NCBI GenBank assembly: GCA_049320885.1
Contig: JBMORA010000026.1
Coordinates: forward strand, 1-20,907
Source of the DNA: Thermodesulfobacteriota bacterium
Lineage (GTDB): Bacteria; Desulfobacterota; Desulfobacteria; Desulfobacterales; SURF-7
DNA: 20,907 bases
Direction of reading: 5' to 3'
A program made the position numbers and the translations under genes. Below the pieces are notes generated by a model. The model saw only the letters and a list, made by a program, of their open reading frames with translations. It was not told where the DNA came from and did not search any database. This document shows positions 1-7,412 of this stretch, piece after piece (positions within the stretch are counted from its first letter, which is position 1; each line of letters opens with the position of its first letter).

Positions 1-1136
1 TCTCCACTGTCCAGATCGGCATCACCCTCGTCGGCATCATTGCGGGCGCCTTCAGCGGGGCAACCCTCGGGCACCGGCTCGGCGGCTGGCTGGATGCGAT
101 TCCAGCGATTTCACCCCATGGGACAGCCGTCGGCATCGGCCTTACGGTATTGGCGACAACCTACCTGTCATTGATCATTGGTGAGCTGGTGCCCAAGCGA
201 ATCGCGTTTGCCCAGCCTGAACGGATTGCCATTCTGGTTGCCGGCCCCATGCTCGGCCTTTCAACGATCTCCGCTCCGGCGGTATGGGTCCTCCATGCCT
301 CCACCGAGATGATCCTGAGCGTATTCGGTTTATCAGGCTCCCGGGAAACGACCGTCACCGAAGAAGAAATCAAGACCCTGATCGCCGAGGGAACCATGGC
401 TGGCGTATTCGTCCCCCAGGAACAGAAAATGATCGAGGGCATACTCCGCATGGCCGATCGTTCCGTCCGGATCATCATGACCCCGCGTTCCCAAATTGTA
501 TGGATTAACGCCGAATCCGACTGGCGCACGATTCTCGACACGGTGGATGCAAATCGTTTTTCGCGCCTCCTGGTCTGCGACGGAACCGTGGATCGTCCCG
601 TCGGTTTTGTCCATTCCAAGGATCTGCTTCCCGCGGCGTTGCGGGGTGGTGATTTCAACCTCAAAACCCTGGTGCAGCCGCTGCTTTTCGTGCCCGATAA
701 AACCTCGGTTCGCCGGCTTCTCAATCGCTTGAAAAGCGAGAAGGTGCACATCGCCGTCGTCGTGGATGAATACGGTGCCACCGAAGGGCTCGTGACCATC
801 ACGGATGTGATCGAGGCCATCGCCGGCAATTTACCGGAAAGAGGCGAGGAAAGCGAACCGTTGATCGTCCGGCGGGAGGACGGGTCATGGCTGGTGGACG
901 GAATGCTTCCCACCGATGAGGTGGAAACCGTCACCGGCATCGGCCTGGGAGAGGAAGTGAAAACCATGGCGGGCTTCGTGCTGCAGCATTTGCGGCGCAT
1001 ACCGGAATCCGGCGCGAGTTTCCGGTACGGAAACGCACGGTTCGAGGTCGTCGACATGGATGGCCGCCGCATAGACAAGGTGCTGGTCACGACGGAACAT
1101 AACGGAACCGAATCCCATGAATTGTCGAAGGCATGA
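1..1136 (+). CDS. HlyC/CorC hemolysin-family (CNNM/DUF21 + 2 CBS + CorC) Mg2+/Co2+ efflux-type protein, 5'-truncated by the window edge
   Basis: Frame is open from base 3 (STVQIGITLVGIIAGAFSGATL, typical DUF21 helix), then IIGELVPKRIA, MTPR, FSRLLV, VVVDEYGATEGLVTITDVIEAIAG and a C-terminal FEVVDMDGRRIDKV; stop TGA at 1134-1136. Confidence 0.93.
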   Translation, partial: STVQIGITLVGIIAGAFSGATLGHRLGGWLDAIPAISPHGTAVGIGLTVLATTYLSLIIGELVPKRIAFAQPERIAILVAGPMLGLSTISAPAVWVLHASTEMILSVFGLSGSRETTVTEEEIKTLIAEGTMAGVFVPQEQKMIEGILRMADRSVRIIMTPRSQIVWINAESDWRTILDTVDANRFSRLLVCDGTVDRPVGFVHSKDLLPAALRGGDFNLKTLVQPLLFVPDKTSVRRLLNRLKSEKVHIAVVVDEYGATEGLVTITDVIEAIAGNLPERGEESEPLIVRREDGSWLVDGMLPTDEVETVTGIGLGEEVKTMAGFVLQHLRRIPESGASFRYGNARFEVVDMDGRRIDKVLVTTEHNGTESHELSKA

Positions 1137-1202
1137 TCGACCGACGCGGGAGCCGGATCAATCCAACACGCTCCGGATTCGGATTTTGTTTTGATGCGTC
1201 CA

Positions 1203-1256
1203 TGCTTATATATTGTAATATTTGAATTGACAATCCACAACATTTTGTGGTATGCA
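1203..1256 (+). promoter_or_regulatory. sigma70 promoter (TTGACA 1227-1232; extended -10 TGnTATGCA 1248-1256) overlapped by tandem NrdR-like boxes (1203-1218, 1235-1250)
   Basis: Perfect -35 with an 18-bp spacer. The 16-bp near-palindrome CCACAACATTTTGTGG matches the NrdR consensus acaCwAtATaTwGtgt, and a weaker box TGCTTATATATTGTAA starts 32 bp upstream. Confidence 0.6.
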
Positions 1257-1312
1257 GCCCCCAAATTTCGTTCCATCTTCCTTTCTTCGCTGAGCAGACA
1301 ACCGGGGCGGGT

Positions 1313-1543
1313 ATGTACGAGAAAACGGAAAGACGTTTTGTTGGCGAGCGCAGATCCGGCAGAGAAAGACGTACGGGAGGGACTTTGGATCCGGAGGCCG
1401 TGCCGGAGCAGACCGAGCCGGATCCCAGGCTTTTTTTCAACCGCTATCGCTTCATCGTCCACAAGGCGCTGGATGAAATGGCCAGGCGCGACATCGAAAT
1501 CTCGAGACAGTCGGCCGGCATCCGGGATAAAGCGAATCCCTAG
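1313..1543 (+). CDS. small hypothetical protein (76 aa) with repeated ERR motif (ERRFVGERRSGRERRTGG)
   Basis: Shortened form of track ORF 1247..1543, using the ATG at 1313 downstream of the promoter and a G-rich SD. It fills the intergenic gap, and ERRxxxERR repeats are common in small deltaproteobacterial proteins. Confidence 0.55.
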   Translation: MYEKTERRFVGERRSGRERRTGGTLDPEAVPEQTEPDPRLFFNRYRFIVHKALDEMARRDIEISRQSAGIRDKANP

Positions 1544-1597
1544 CCGCCGACACTTCCGCTTTCCCCGGAAAAACGCCGGCGGCGCTCAGGATGCCGC

Positions 1598-2812
1598 CTA
1601 TTTGCGGTTTCCCACCATTTCCAGAAACGCCTCAATGCGGGTTTTGATCTGTCCCTCGGTGAACTTGCGGTGATCGATACAATCCACCTCCAGGTTGAGC
1701 ACCGGAATGCCGATCTCCCGGAACCCATCCTCGATCATGCCGCGCGCGCCCGTTCCCTGGCGGCAGCCCCAGTTGCAAGGGTTGATGGCCCCGTCAATCC
1801 GATATTCCTCGGCCATTTTTTGAAGATGTCGGACCCGGTTCCGGATGCTTCCGTTGATCGGAATGGAGATGGAGCGCCTGGCAAGACCCTCGTAGATATG
1901 CGCCGTATCCACCGGCTCCCAGGTGATGTCGTTCAATTCATCTACGACGATCTTGGCCCCGTATTCCTGTTCCAGGAGTTTTTCGACCGGATTCTTGAAT
2001 TGAATGCGGTTCTGAACCCACAGCAACCTGAATTTTTCCCGGGCGGCCGCCTCCGTGATCCCTTGTCGCCGTTTTTTCAATTCGTCCCGGTAGGATTCCG
2101 CCACCCCGATCCCGGCCTCCGTTCCCAGGAACAGCGCCATGACCACCCCGAAATTGCTCAAATCCTTGCTGGTGACCGGCGACGGAATCTGTTTGGCCAA
2201 TTCATAGACCTCGATCATGATCTCCCGCGCCCGGTTGGTTTTTTCAACAGCATCGCGCAACCTGTCCGGGTTCAGGGGCAAGCCGGTGATCTCCGTCACG
2301 AAGTCCGCGAGGGAACGGATCTGTTCCGCCAGATAGTCCACGTTTTCCCGGCTTTCGTCCTGGGGGATGTTCAATACGAACATCCGTTTCCCGAAATGGG
2401 CGGCCAGATTCTCGATGACCGCCAGTCCGCCGGAGCACGGGGAAGTCGTTCCGATCAGGAATTCTGGTTTCGGCATCAACCCCTTGAGTGCGGCGCCGCT
2501 TACCGCGCGATGGTAGCTGCATGAATCCGAAGAATAGCCGATGTGCTCGGTTTGCTCGATGAAGTCGCCCACTCCTCCCGTGGAAGCCAGCATGGCACCG
2601 ATGAACTCGACGAAACAGGAAGTCACCTCCATGACGTTCAACAGGTCGAAGGGCGCGGTGATGCCGCACCAGGCGACTTTGTGTTGTCCGGAATACAACC
2701 GCTGCCCGAGCCGGGCCAGTTCCAGTGAGTACAGTTTTCGCGGGCTGCCCTTTCCGTCCGCAATGGCCTGCCGGAGTCCCGCTTCCAGGCCGTCAAAGTA
2801 TTCCTTCATCAT
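1598..2812 (-). CDS. 2-hydroxyacyl-CoA dehydratase / class I benzoyl-CoA reductase family, catalytic (HgdA/HadB/BzdO-like) subunit, 404 aa
   Basis: Motifs GYSSDSCSYHR, PKPEFLIGTTSPC, NPCNWGCRQG and GIPVLNLEVDCIDHRKFTEGQIKTRIEAFLE. Start moved to the ATG at 2812, 6 nt after GAGGTG. Confidence 0.88.
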   Translation of the reverse strand: MMKEYFDGLEAGLRQAIADGKGSPRKLYSLELARLGQRLYSGQHKVAWCGITAPFDLLNVMEVTSCFVEFIGAMLASTGGVGDFIEQTEHIGYSSDSCSYHRAVSGAALKGLMPKPEFLIGTTSPCSGGLAVIENLAAHFGKRMFVLNIPQDESRENVDYLAEQIRSLADFVTEITGLPLNPDRLRDAVEKTNRAREIMIEVYELAKQIPSPVTSKDLSNFGVVMALFLGTEAGIGVAESYRDELKKRRQGITEAAAREKFRLLWVQNRIQFKNPVEKLLEQEYGAKIVVDELNDITWEPVDTAHIYEGLARRSISIPINGSIRNRVRHLQKMAEEYRIDGAINPCNWGCRQGTGARGMIEDGFREIGIPVLNLEVDCIDHRKFTEGQIKTRIEAFLEMVGNRK

Positions 2813-2817
2813 GTCAT

Positions 2818-3873
2818 TCACCTCAGCATTTCCGTAAAGGCTTCGATTCTTGTTTTTTGCTGGCCCATGGAACGGACGGTGCAATCGCCTTCCAGCAGGA
2901 GGAAGGGCATGCCTTCGTCCTTCAACGCCGCCCGGATGACCGGTAACCGCGAAATATACGGATCGCAGAACTTGACCGTGTATCCGATCACCCCTTTGGC
3001 CTGATGATGCCGGGCGGCGGCAACGATGTCGCCGGCTATTTGGGCCGGTCGGGTCGCACTGATGGTGCGGGCGCAGGCCGGACGGCCGAGCAACCCGCGC
3101 GCATAATCCGCCAGCGGATCGCCGCCGTCATCCGCCCCCGCTGCGATCGGCGTGAACAGCCGCGAACCGGTGCAGAGGTCCTCCCCCACGATCCTGGCGC
3201 CGCAGGCGGCGAACAGGGCAAAGGCCTCCGCATCCGGCAGGACATTGCCGAAAAGGTAAATGGGCACGCTGTCGTCCGCCGGTTCCGCATCTTCCCGCGC
3301 CAGCAGCATTTCCAGATGATCGTGCATGGTTTCCGGCGGCGTGCAGGAGGCCCGCAGATACGCCTGTTGCAGCAGCAGGGCGCCTTCCCGCATCGCGCCG
3401 ATCCTCACCCTGGCCCGCACCCGTTCAAAATCGCCGGCCAGCCGATTGTACAGCCGAAGACTGCCGGCGATTTCATCGCGCCGCGGCATCCGGCCGCCCC
3501 ATTCCGCCAGAACACCTACCAGTTGTTGCAGTTTTACCTGGAAAAAAAAGATATCCCTCTCCGCGGCGGTGGCAGGCATGTCGACACAGACGGCGGGCAC
3601 ATCCGGCCGGGCCATCCGCCAGGCATCCGCCAGTCGCCGCATGGCGTCGCAACTGTTCATGAATACCATTCCCGCCATATCCGGCAGCCGGCCGCTCATG
3701 GCCCGGTCAAGAATCCGTTTGACATGCGGACAGAGGTTGTCATGCAGCAGTCGACCGGCCTGATCCGGACAATCGACATCCGGCAGGATTCGGTGGGGCA
3801 CGAAACCGGCCGCATGAATCAGCGCAAGCGGCGTATAGGCGCAGGCATATCCGACGACAGGTTGTTTTTCCAT
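2818..3873 (-). CDS. 2-hydroxyacyl-CoA dehydratase / benzoyl-CoA reductase family, second (HgdB/BzdN/DCCP-like) subunit, 351 aa, with six family-position Cys
   Basis: VGYACAYTP, HDNLCPHVK, MNSCDAMRRL, GEDLCTGSR, RPACAR, VKFCDPY and GQQKTRIEAFTEML; starts 2 nt after the MarR stop. Confidence 0.88.
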   Translation of the reverse strand: MEKQPVVGYACAYTPLALIHAAGFVPHRILPDVDCPDQAGRLLHDNLCPHVKRILDRAMSGRLPDMAGMVFMNSCDAMRRLADAWRMARPDVPAVCVDMPATAAERDIFFFQVKLQQLVGVLAEWGGRMPRRDEIAGSLRLYNRLAGDFERVRARVRIGAMREGALLLQQAYLRASCTPPETMHDHLEMLLAREDAEPADDSVPIYLFGNVLPDAEAFALFAACGARIVGEDLCTGSRLFTPIAAGADDGGDPLADYARGLLGRPACARTISATRPAQIAGDIVAAARHHQAKGVIGYTVKFCDPYISRLPVIRAALKDEGMPFLLLEGDCTVRSMGQQKTRIEAFTEMLR

Positions 3874-3875
3874 GG

Positions 3876-4364
3876 CTACATCATTCCTTTATTGGCGTTG
3901 GTCAATACTTTTCTGAGAACCTTGCGGGTGATTTCCAATTCACCCGGCTGAATTCCGGCAAAAGCCTCCTGCAGCATGCGATCCACAGCCTCGAAGACCT
4001 TGTCGCGGATCATGCCGCCCTTTTCCGTCAGGGTGACCTTCAGGGAACGGCGATCATGCGGGTCACTGGATCGCTGCACCAAGCCGTCCCGCTCCATGCG
4101 ATCGATGAGCCCTGTCATGGTGGACGGCTCGAGCCCGGCGCAGCGACTTAAATCCGTGAGCCTCATCCCGTCCTCGCTGCCGAGTTTGCTCAACATTTCG
4201 TCCAAGCCCTCCCCTGTCCACAAACACATCAGGACGCCCAAATAGGCGGGTTTGACTTCCGGAAGCCCACTGTCGGTCAGTTCTTTCTTCAGCACCGCGG
4301 TGGCGGACAACGAGGCCCGGGTAATCAGATAATACGGGCAATCAGCCGGAGTTTCGTATTTCAT
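3876..4364 (-). CDS. MarR family transcriptional regulator
   Basis: wHTH segment LTDLSRCAGLEPSTMTGLIDRMERDGLVQR and DRRSLKVTLTEKG; first gene of the dehydratase-family operon. Confidence 0.93.
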   Translation of the reverse strand: MKYETPADCPYYLITRASLSATAVLKKELTDSGLPEVKPAYLGVLMCLWTGEGLDEMLSKLGSEDGMRLTDLSRCAGLEPSTMTGLIDRMERDGLVQRSSDPHDRRSLKVTLTEKGGMIRDKVFEAVDRMLQEAFAGIQPGELEITRKVLRKVLTNANKGMM

Positions 4365-4399
4365 AACACACCCTTTGGTTCGTTCTTGTTCCCATCCAT

Positions 4400-4467
4400 A
4401 TATTTTGCTACCAAATATTATGTATCAATAATTTTTGCAAGCAAAATTTTTACCCCCTTGCTATGAT
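4400..4467. promoter_or_regulatory. AT-rich divergent promoter region with candidate MarR operators
   Basis: Inverted repeats ATATTT-N7-AAATAT (4400-4418), ATTAT-N6-ATAAT (4417-4432) and TTTTGC-AA-GCAAAA (4433-4446). Extended -10 TGcTATGAT (4459-4467) points toward the kinase gene. Confidence 0.5.
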
Positions 4468-4576
4468 CCAATCCAACCTGGCTTTCGCTGCCGCCGACTT
4501 TTTGCTGTTTGCCTTTTCATTTCCAGCCATGTTATTTTCCAAAAAATCAACACAAACGTGGTAAAGGATGGTTTGC

Positions 4577-6850
4577 ATGCCCCCCGTTCCCATGTCCAAA
4601 GACATCTGTTGCCAGAACTTCAAGGGGCTGCTCGCCCATGTCCGAAAACATTACGGCGAAGAAGGCATTCGCACCCTGACCTCCGGGCTGCTGGACGGGC
4701 GGTATTTCATCCAGGACAAGTTCACCCCTTCCCGGGTCATTCCCATTCAGGAAGAACACCTGACCGACCCGGCCTACTGGGTGTCCAACGATTTTTCCCT
4801 GGCCCTGCTGGGCAATGTCAACAAGGTCGTGAAAGGACCGGATGCGCTCTTTACGGCCGGCAAGGAAATGGTCAAGGAAAATCTATCCAAAACCTCGCTC
4901 TTGTTTGCCAAATTCGTGGGACTCCGGGTGCTGGCCGGCAGGGCCGCCAATATCAACAGACGCTTCAACCGCACCAAGGACGTGAACCTGGTCAGGTTTC
5001 AGGAAGGATTGGCGGTATTCGAATTGAACTATAAATCCGGATTTCACGTCACCAAGGATGTTTGCAACTGGAACCTGGGCATTTACACCGGCATCACGGA
5101 ATTATCCGGCGCGTCCCGGATTGCCGGCCGGGAAACCGACTGTATTTTGGAAGGCGGCCGATGTTGCCGCTTTGAGATCACCTGGGATAACAAGAACACC
5201 CTATCCAGCATCCCCAGAGTCTTTTTTCATTGGGCCGGCCGCTGGATTGTGAAGGATCTGATCGCCGATTATGAAAAACTCCTGGACGAACGGGACAAGC
5301 TGATCGACAATCTCGGCAAATCGGAAAAAAAATACCGCGCCCTTTTCGAGGATTCCCAGGAAGCCCTGAGTTTGACCCACAACGGCCGGATCATCGATGT
5401 CAATCCGGCCTGGATGCGGCTGCACGGATATACCGAAAAAAGCGAAGCTGTCGGCAACGACATTCTCAAAACAGTTCACCCGGAAGACCGGACCACCTTC
5501 ACCCGACGCTACGAGAACCGCGCCGAAAACGAGGAAAGAATGTTTCAAATGCGGGAGATCACCCGTTCCGGCCAGGTTCTTGATGTGGAGGTCTATCTGA
5601 GCCGCATCGAATTCGACGGCAAGGAATCCGTGCTGACCATGGTCAAGGACGTTACCAGACAAAAACAGGCCGAGGAACATCGCCGTCAGCTGGAGGCAAA
5701 GCTGCAACGGGCGGAAAAAATGGAAACCATCGCCACCATGGCGGGAGGAGTGGCCCACGATCTGAACAATATCTTGTCCGGCATCGTGGGATATCCGGAA
5801 ATCATCATCATGCGCCTTCCGGAGGACAGCCCCCTTATCAAACCGCTTACCATCATGCACACCACCGCCAAAAAAGCCGCCGCCATCGTTCAGGACCTGC
5901 TGACCCTTTCCAGACGAGGCCTGATGAACTCGGACGTCTTCAACCTCAACCATACCATCCGTGAATATATCGAAAGCCCGGAATGTCAAAAATTGTTGTC
6001 GTATCATCCCGATGTGCGCATTGAAGCCGACCTGACTGAAGATCTGTGGAATACCAAGGGCTCTCCGGTGCATATCTACAAAACCATCATGAATCTGGTT
6101 TCAAACGCCGCCGAAGCCATGCCCGAAGGGGGAAGCGTCCGGATCAAGACCGGTAATTGCCGCATCGATCCCGCCAGCCGGGAGTCGGAAGAAGTCCAGG
6201 AAGGGAACTATTGCCTCGTCAGCGTTACCGACACCGGCGTCGGTATTGCCGAGGAAAACCGCTACCGGATCTTTGAGCCTTTCTATACGAAGAAAAAATT
6301 GGGCCGAAGCGGTACCGGTCTGGGCATGGCGGTTGTCTGGGGAACGGTGAAGGATCACGGGGGCCACATCCATGTGGAAAGCCAGCTCGGCAAGGGTTCG
6401 GAGATCAAGATGTATCTCCCAGCCACCGCTGAACGCCCGCCGGTCAACAAGGCCAAGGAAGGGCTCCGACATCTCCGGGGACACGGAGAAAAAATTCTCG
6501 TTGTCGACGATATGATCGAGCAGCGCGAAATCGCAACGGATATCCTCGCCTGCCTGGGATACCGGGCAGTCGCGGTTGCCAGCGGCGAGGAGGCCATCCG
6601 GTATCTGGAGACGAATGTCTGCGATCTGATCATCCTCGACATGATCATGGAGCCTGGAATCGACGGCCTGGAGACCTATCGCCGCATTGTCGAGAAACGG
6701 CCGGGCCAGAAAGCCATCATTGCCAGCGGGTATTCGGAAACGGAAACAATCAAGGAGGCTCAATCCCTGGGGGCGGGCCGCTTCGTGAAGAAGCCCTATA
6801 CCATGGAAACCATTGGACTTGAAATCCGCAGGGAACTGGAGCGGAAATAA
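4577..6850 (+). CDS. hybrid sensor histidine kinase: N-terminal V4R-like domain, coiled coil, PAS, HisKA, HATPase, REC
   Basis: V4R-type C-x22-E-x2-C-x7-C (DVCNWNLG...ETDCILEGGRCC); PAS (VNPAW...VHPED); H-box AGGVAHDLNNIL; N-box MNLVSNAAEAM; DTGVG, FEPFYT, GTGLGM; receiver VVDD...ILDMIM...KKPY. Start at 4577 chosen from the AAGGA SD (alternatives 4568 and 4592). Confidence 0.92.
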   Translation: MPPVPMSKDICCQNFKGLLAHVRKHYGEEGIRTLTSGLLDGRYFIQDKFTPSRVIPIQEEHLTDPAYWVSNDFSLALLGNVNKVVKGPDALFTAGKEMVKENLSKTSLLFAKFVGLRVLAGRAANINRRFNRTKDVNLVRFQEGLAVFELNYKSGFHVTKDVCNWNLGIYTGITELSGASRIAGRETDCILEGGRCCRFEITWDNKNTLSSIPRVFFHWAGRWIVKDLIADYEKLLDERDKLIDNLGKSEKKYRALFEDSQEALSLTHNGRIIDVNPAWMRLHGYTEKSEAVGNDILKTVHPEDRTTFTRRYENRAENEERMFQMREITRSGQVLDVEVYLSRIEFDGKESVLTMVKDVTRQKQAEEHRRQLEAKLQRAEKMETIATMAGGVAHDLNNILSGIVGYPEIIIMRLPEDSPLIKPLTIMHTTAKKAAAIVQDLLTLSRRGLMNSDVFNLNHTIREYIESPECQKLLSYHPDVRIEADLTEDLWNTKGSPVHIYKTIMNLVSNAAEAMPEGGSVRIKTGNCRIDPASRESEEVQEGNYCLVSVTDTGVGIAEENRYRIFEPFYTKKKLGRSGTGLGMAVVWGTVKDHGGHIHVESQLGKGSEIKMYLPATAERPPVNKAKEGLRHLRGHGEKILVVDDMIEQREIATDILACLGYRAVAVASGEEAIRYLETNVCDLIILDMIMEPGIDGLETYRRIVEKRPGQKAIIASGYSETETIKEAQSLGAGRFVKKPYTMETIGLEIRRELERK

Positions 6851-6863
6851 CCGGCGGCAGGCA

Positions 6864-7325
6864 TCAGCCGGGAATCTCCGGTATGGGAAAGCGCTGCATG
6901 CCCATCCGGAAGCAAAGGCCCTCATCGCTCTCTTCCAGGCAGGCAGCAAGCTTCACCAATGCGCGATCGGAAAACCGAATCCGTTCCTCTCCCCGGCGCA
7001 TAAAAAGCGCATCGTTGCGGACATACAGCGCCGACGGGTCCATGGGAATCCGTTCCCCTGTATTGATCAGCAATGCCTCCGGCGGCTTGCCATTGACATC
7101 CACCACCCGGAGAGGCGTGTCCACATAATGAAAATACACCTTTTCCCGAAGGTTGTCGCGCTCCTGGGTAACGTAATAGCCGTTTTCATCCCTCCGGATC
7201 GACCGGTTGAAGCGGTCGATGATCCGGGGGTTTTCAAAAGGGCCATGTTCATTGCACCAGCGCCCGCGGGCGTCCATCCAGAAAACCGCCTGATCCGCAC
7301 CGATAATGATTTCGCCGTACGCCAT
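6864..7325 (-). CDS. conserved hypothetical protein, DUF1285-like (153 aa)
   Basis: Pattern FWMDARGRWCNEHG...IIDRFNRSIRRDENGYYV...EKVYFHYVDTPLRVVDV resembles DUF1285. No transmembrane segments. Start set at the ATG at 7325. Confidence 0.65.
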   Translation of the reverse strand: MAYGEIIIGADQAVFWMDARGRWCNEHGPFENPRIIDRFNRSIRRDENGYYVTQERDNLREKVYFHYVDTPLRVVDVNGKPPEALLINTGERIPMDPSALYVRNDALFMRRGEERIRFSDRALVKLAACLEESDEGLCFRMGMQRFPIPEIPG

Positions 7326-7369
7326 GCTACCTGCCCGCACCGAATTTTTGTCCGATATTCGCCCGCGTT

Positions 7370-7412
7370 TTGACATAAGTCAATGGATAAAAGCGGCTTC
7401 ATGCGCTATGGT
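7370..7412 (+). promoter_or_regulatory. Crp/Fnr-family (FNR-like) box TTGAC-ATAA-GTCAA with downstream -10 TATGGT
   Basis: Perfect 5-4-5 palindrome at 7370-7383. The -10-like hexamer at 7407-7412 places the box centre at about -42, the class II activation geometry. Confidence 0.5.

Noticed and set aside
161..1462. 433-aa minus-strand ORF
   Set aside because: Antisense shadow of the HlyC/CorC gene; Ser/Thr/Arg-rich with no recognisable motif.
1569..1598. GGCGGC/GCCGCC hairpin after the dehydratase-family operon as a terminator
   Set aside because: Short stem, large loop and a U-tract offset by several bases; plausible but not well supported.
2813..2884. N-terminal extension of the 428-aa track ORF
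   Set aside because: Overlaps the upstream gene, and an SD supports the ATG at 2812.
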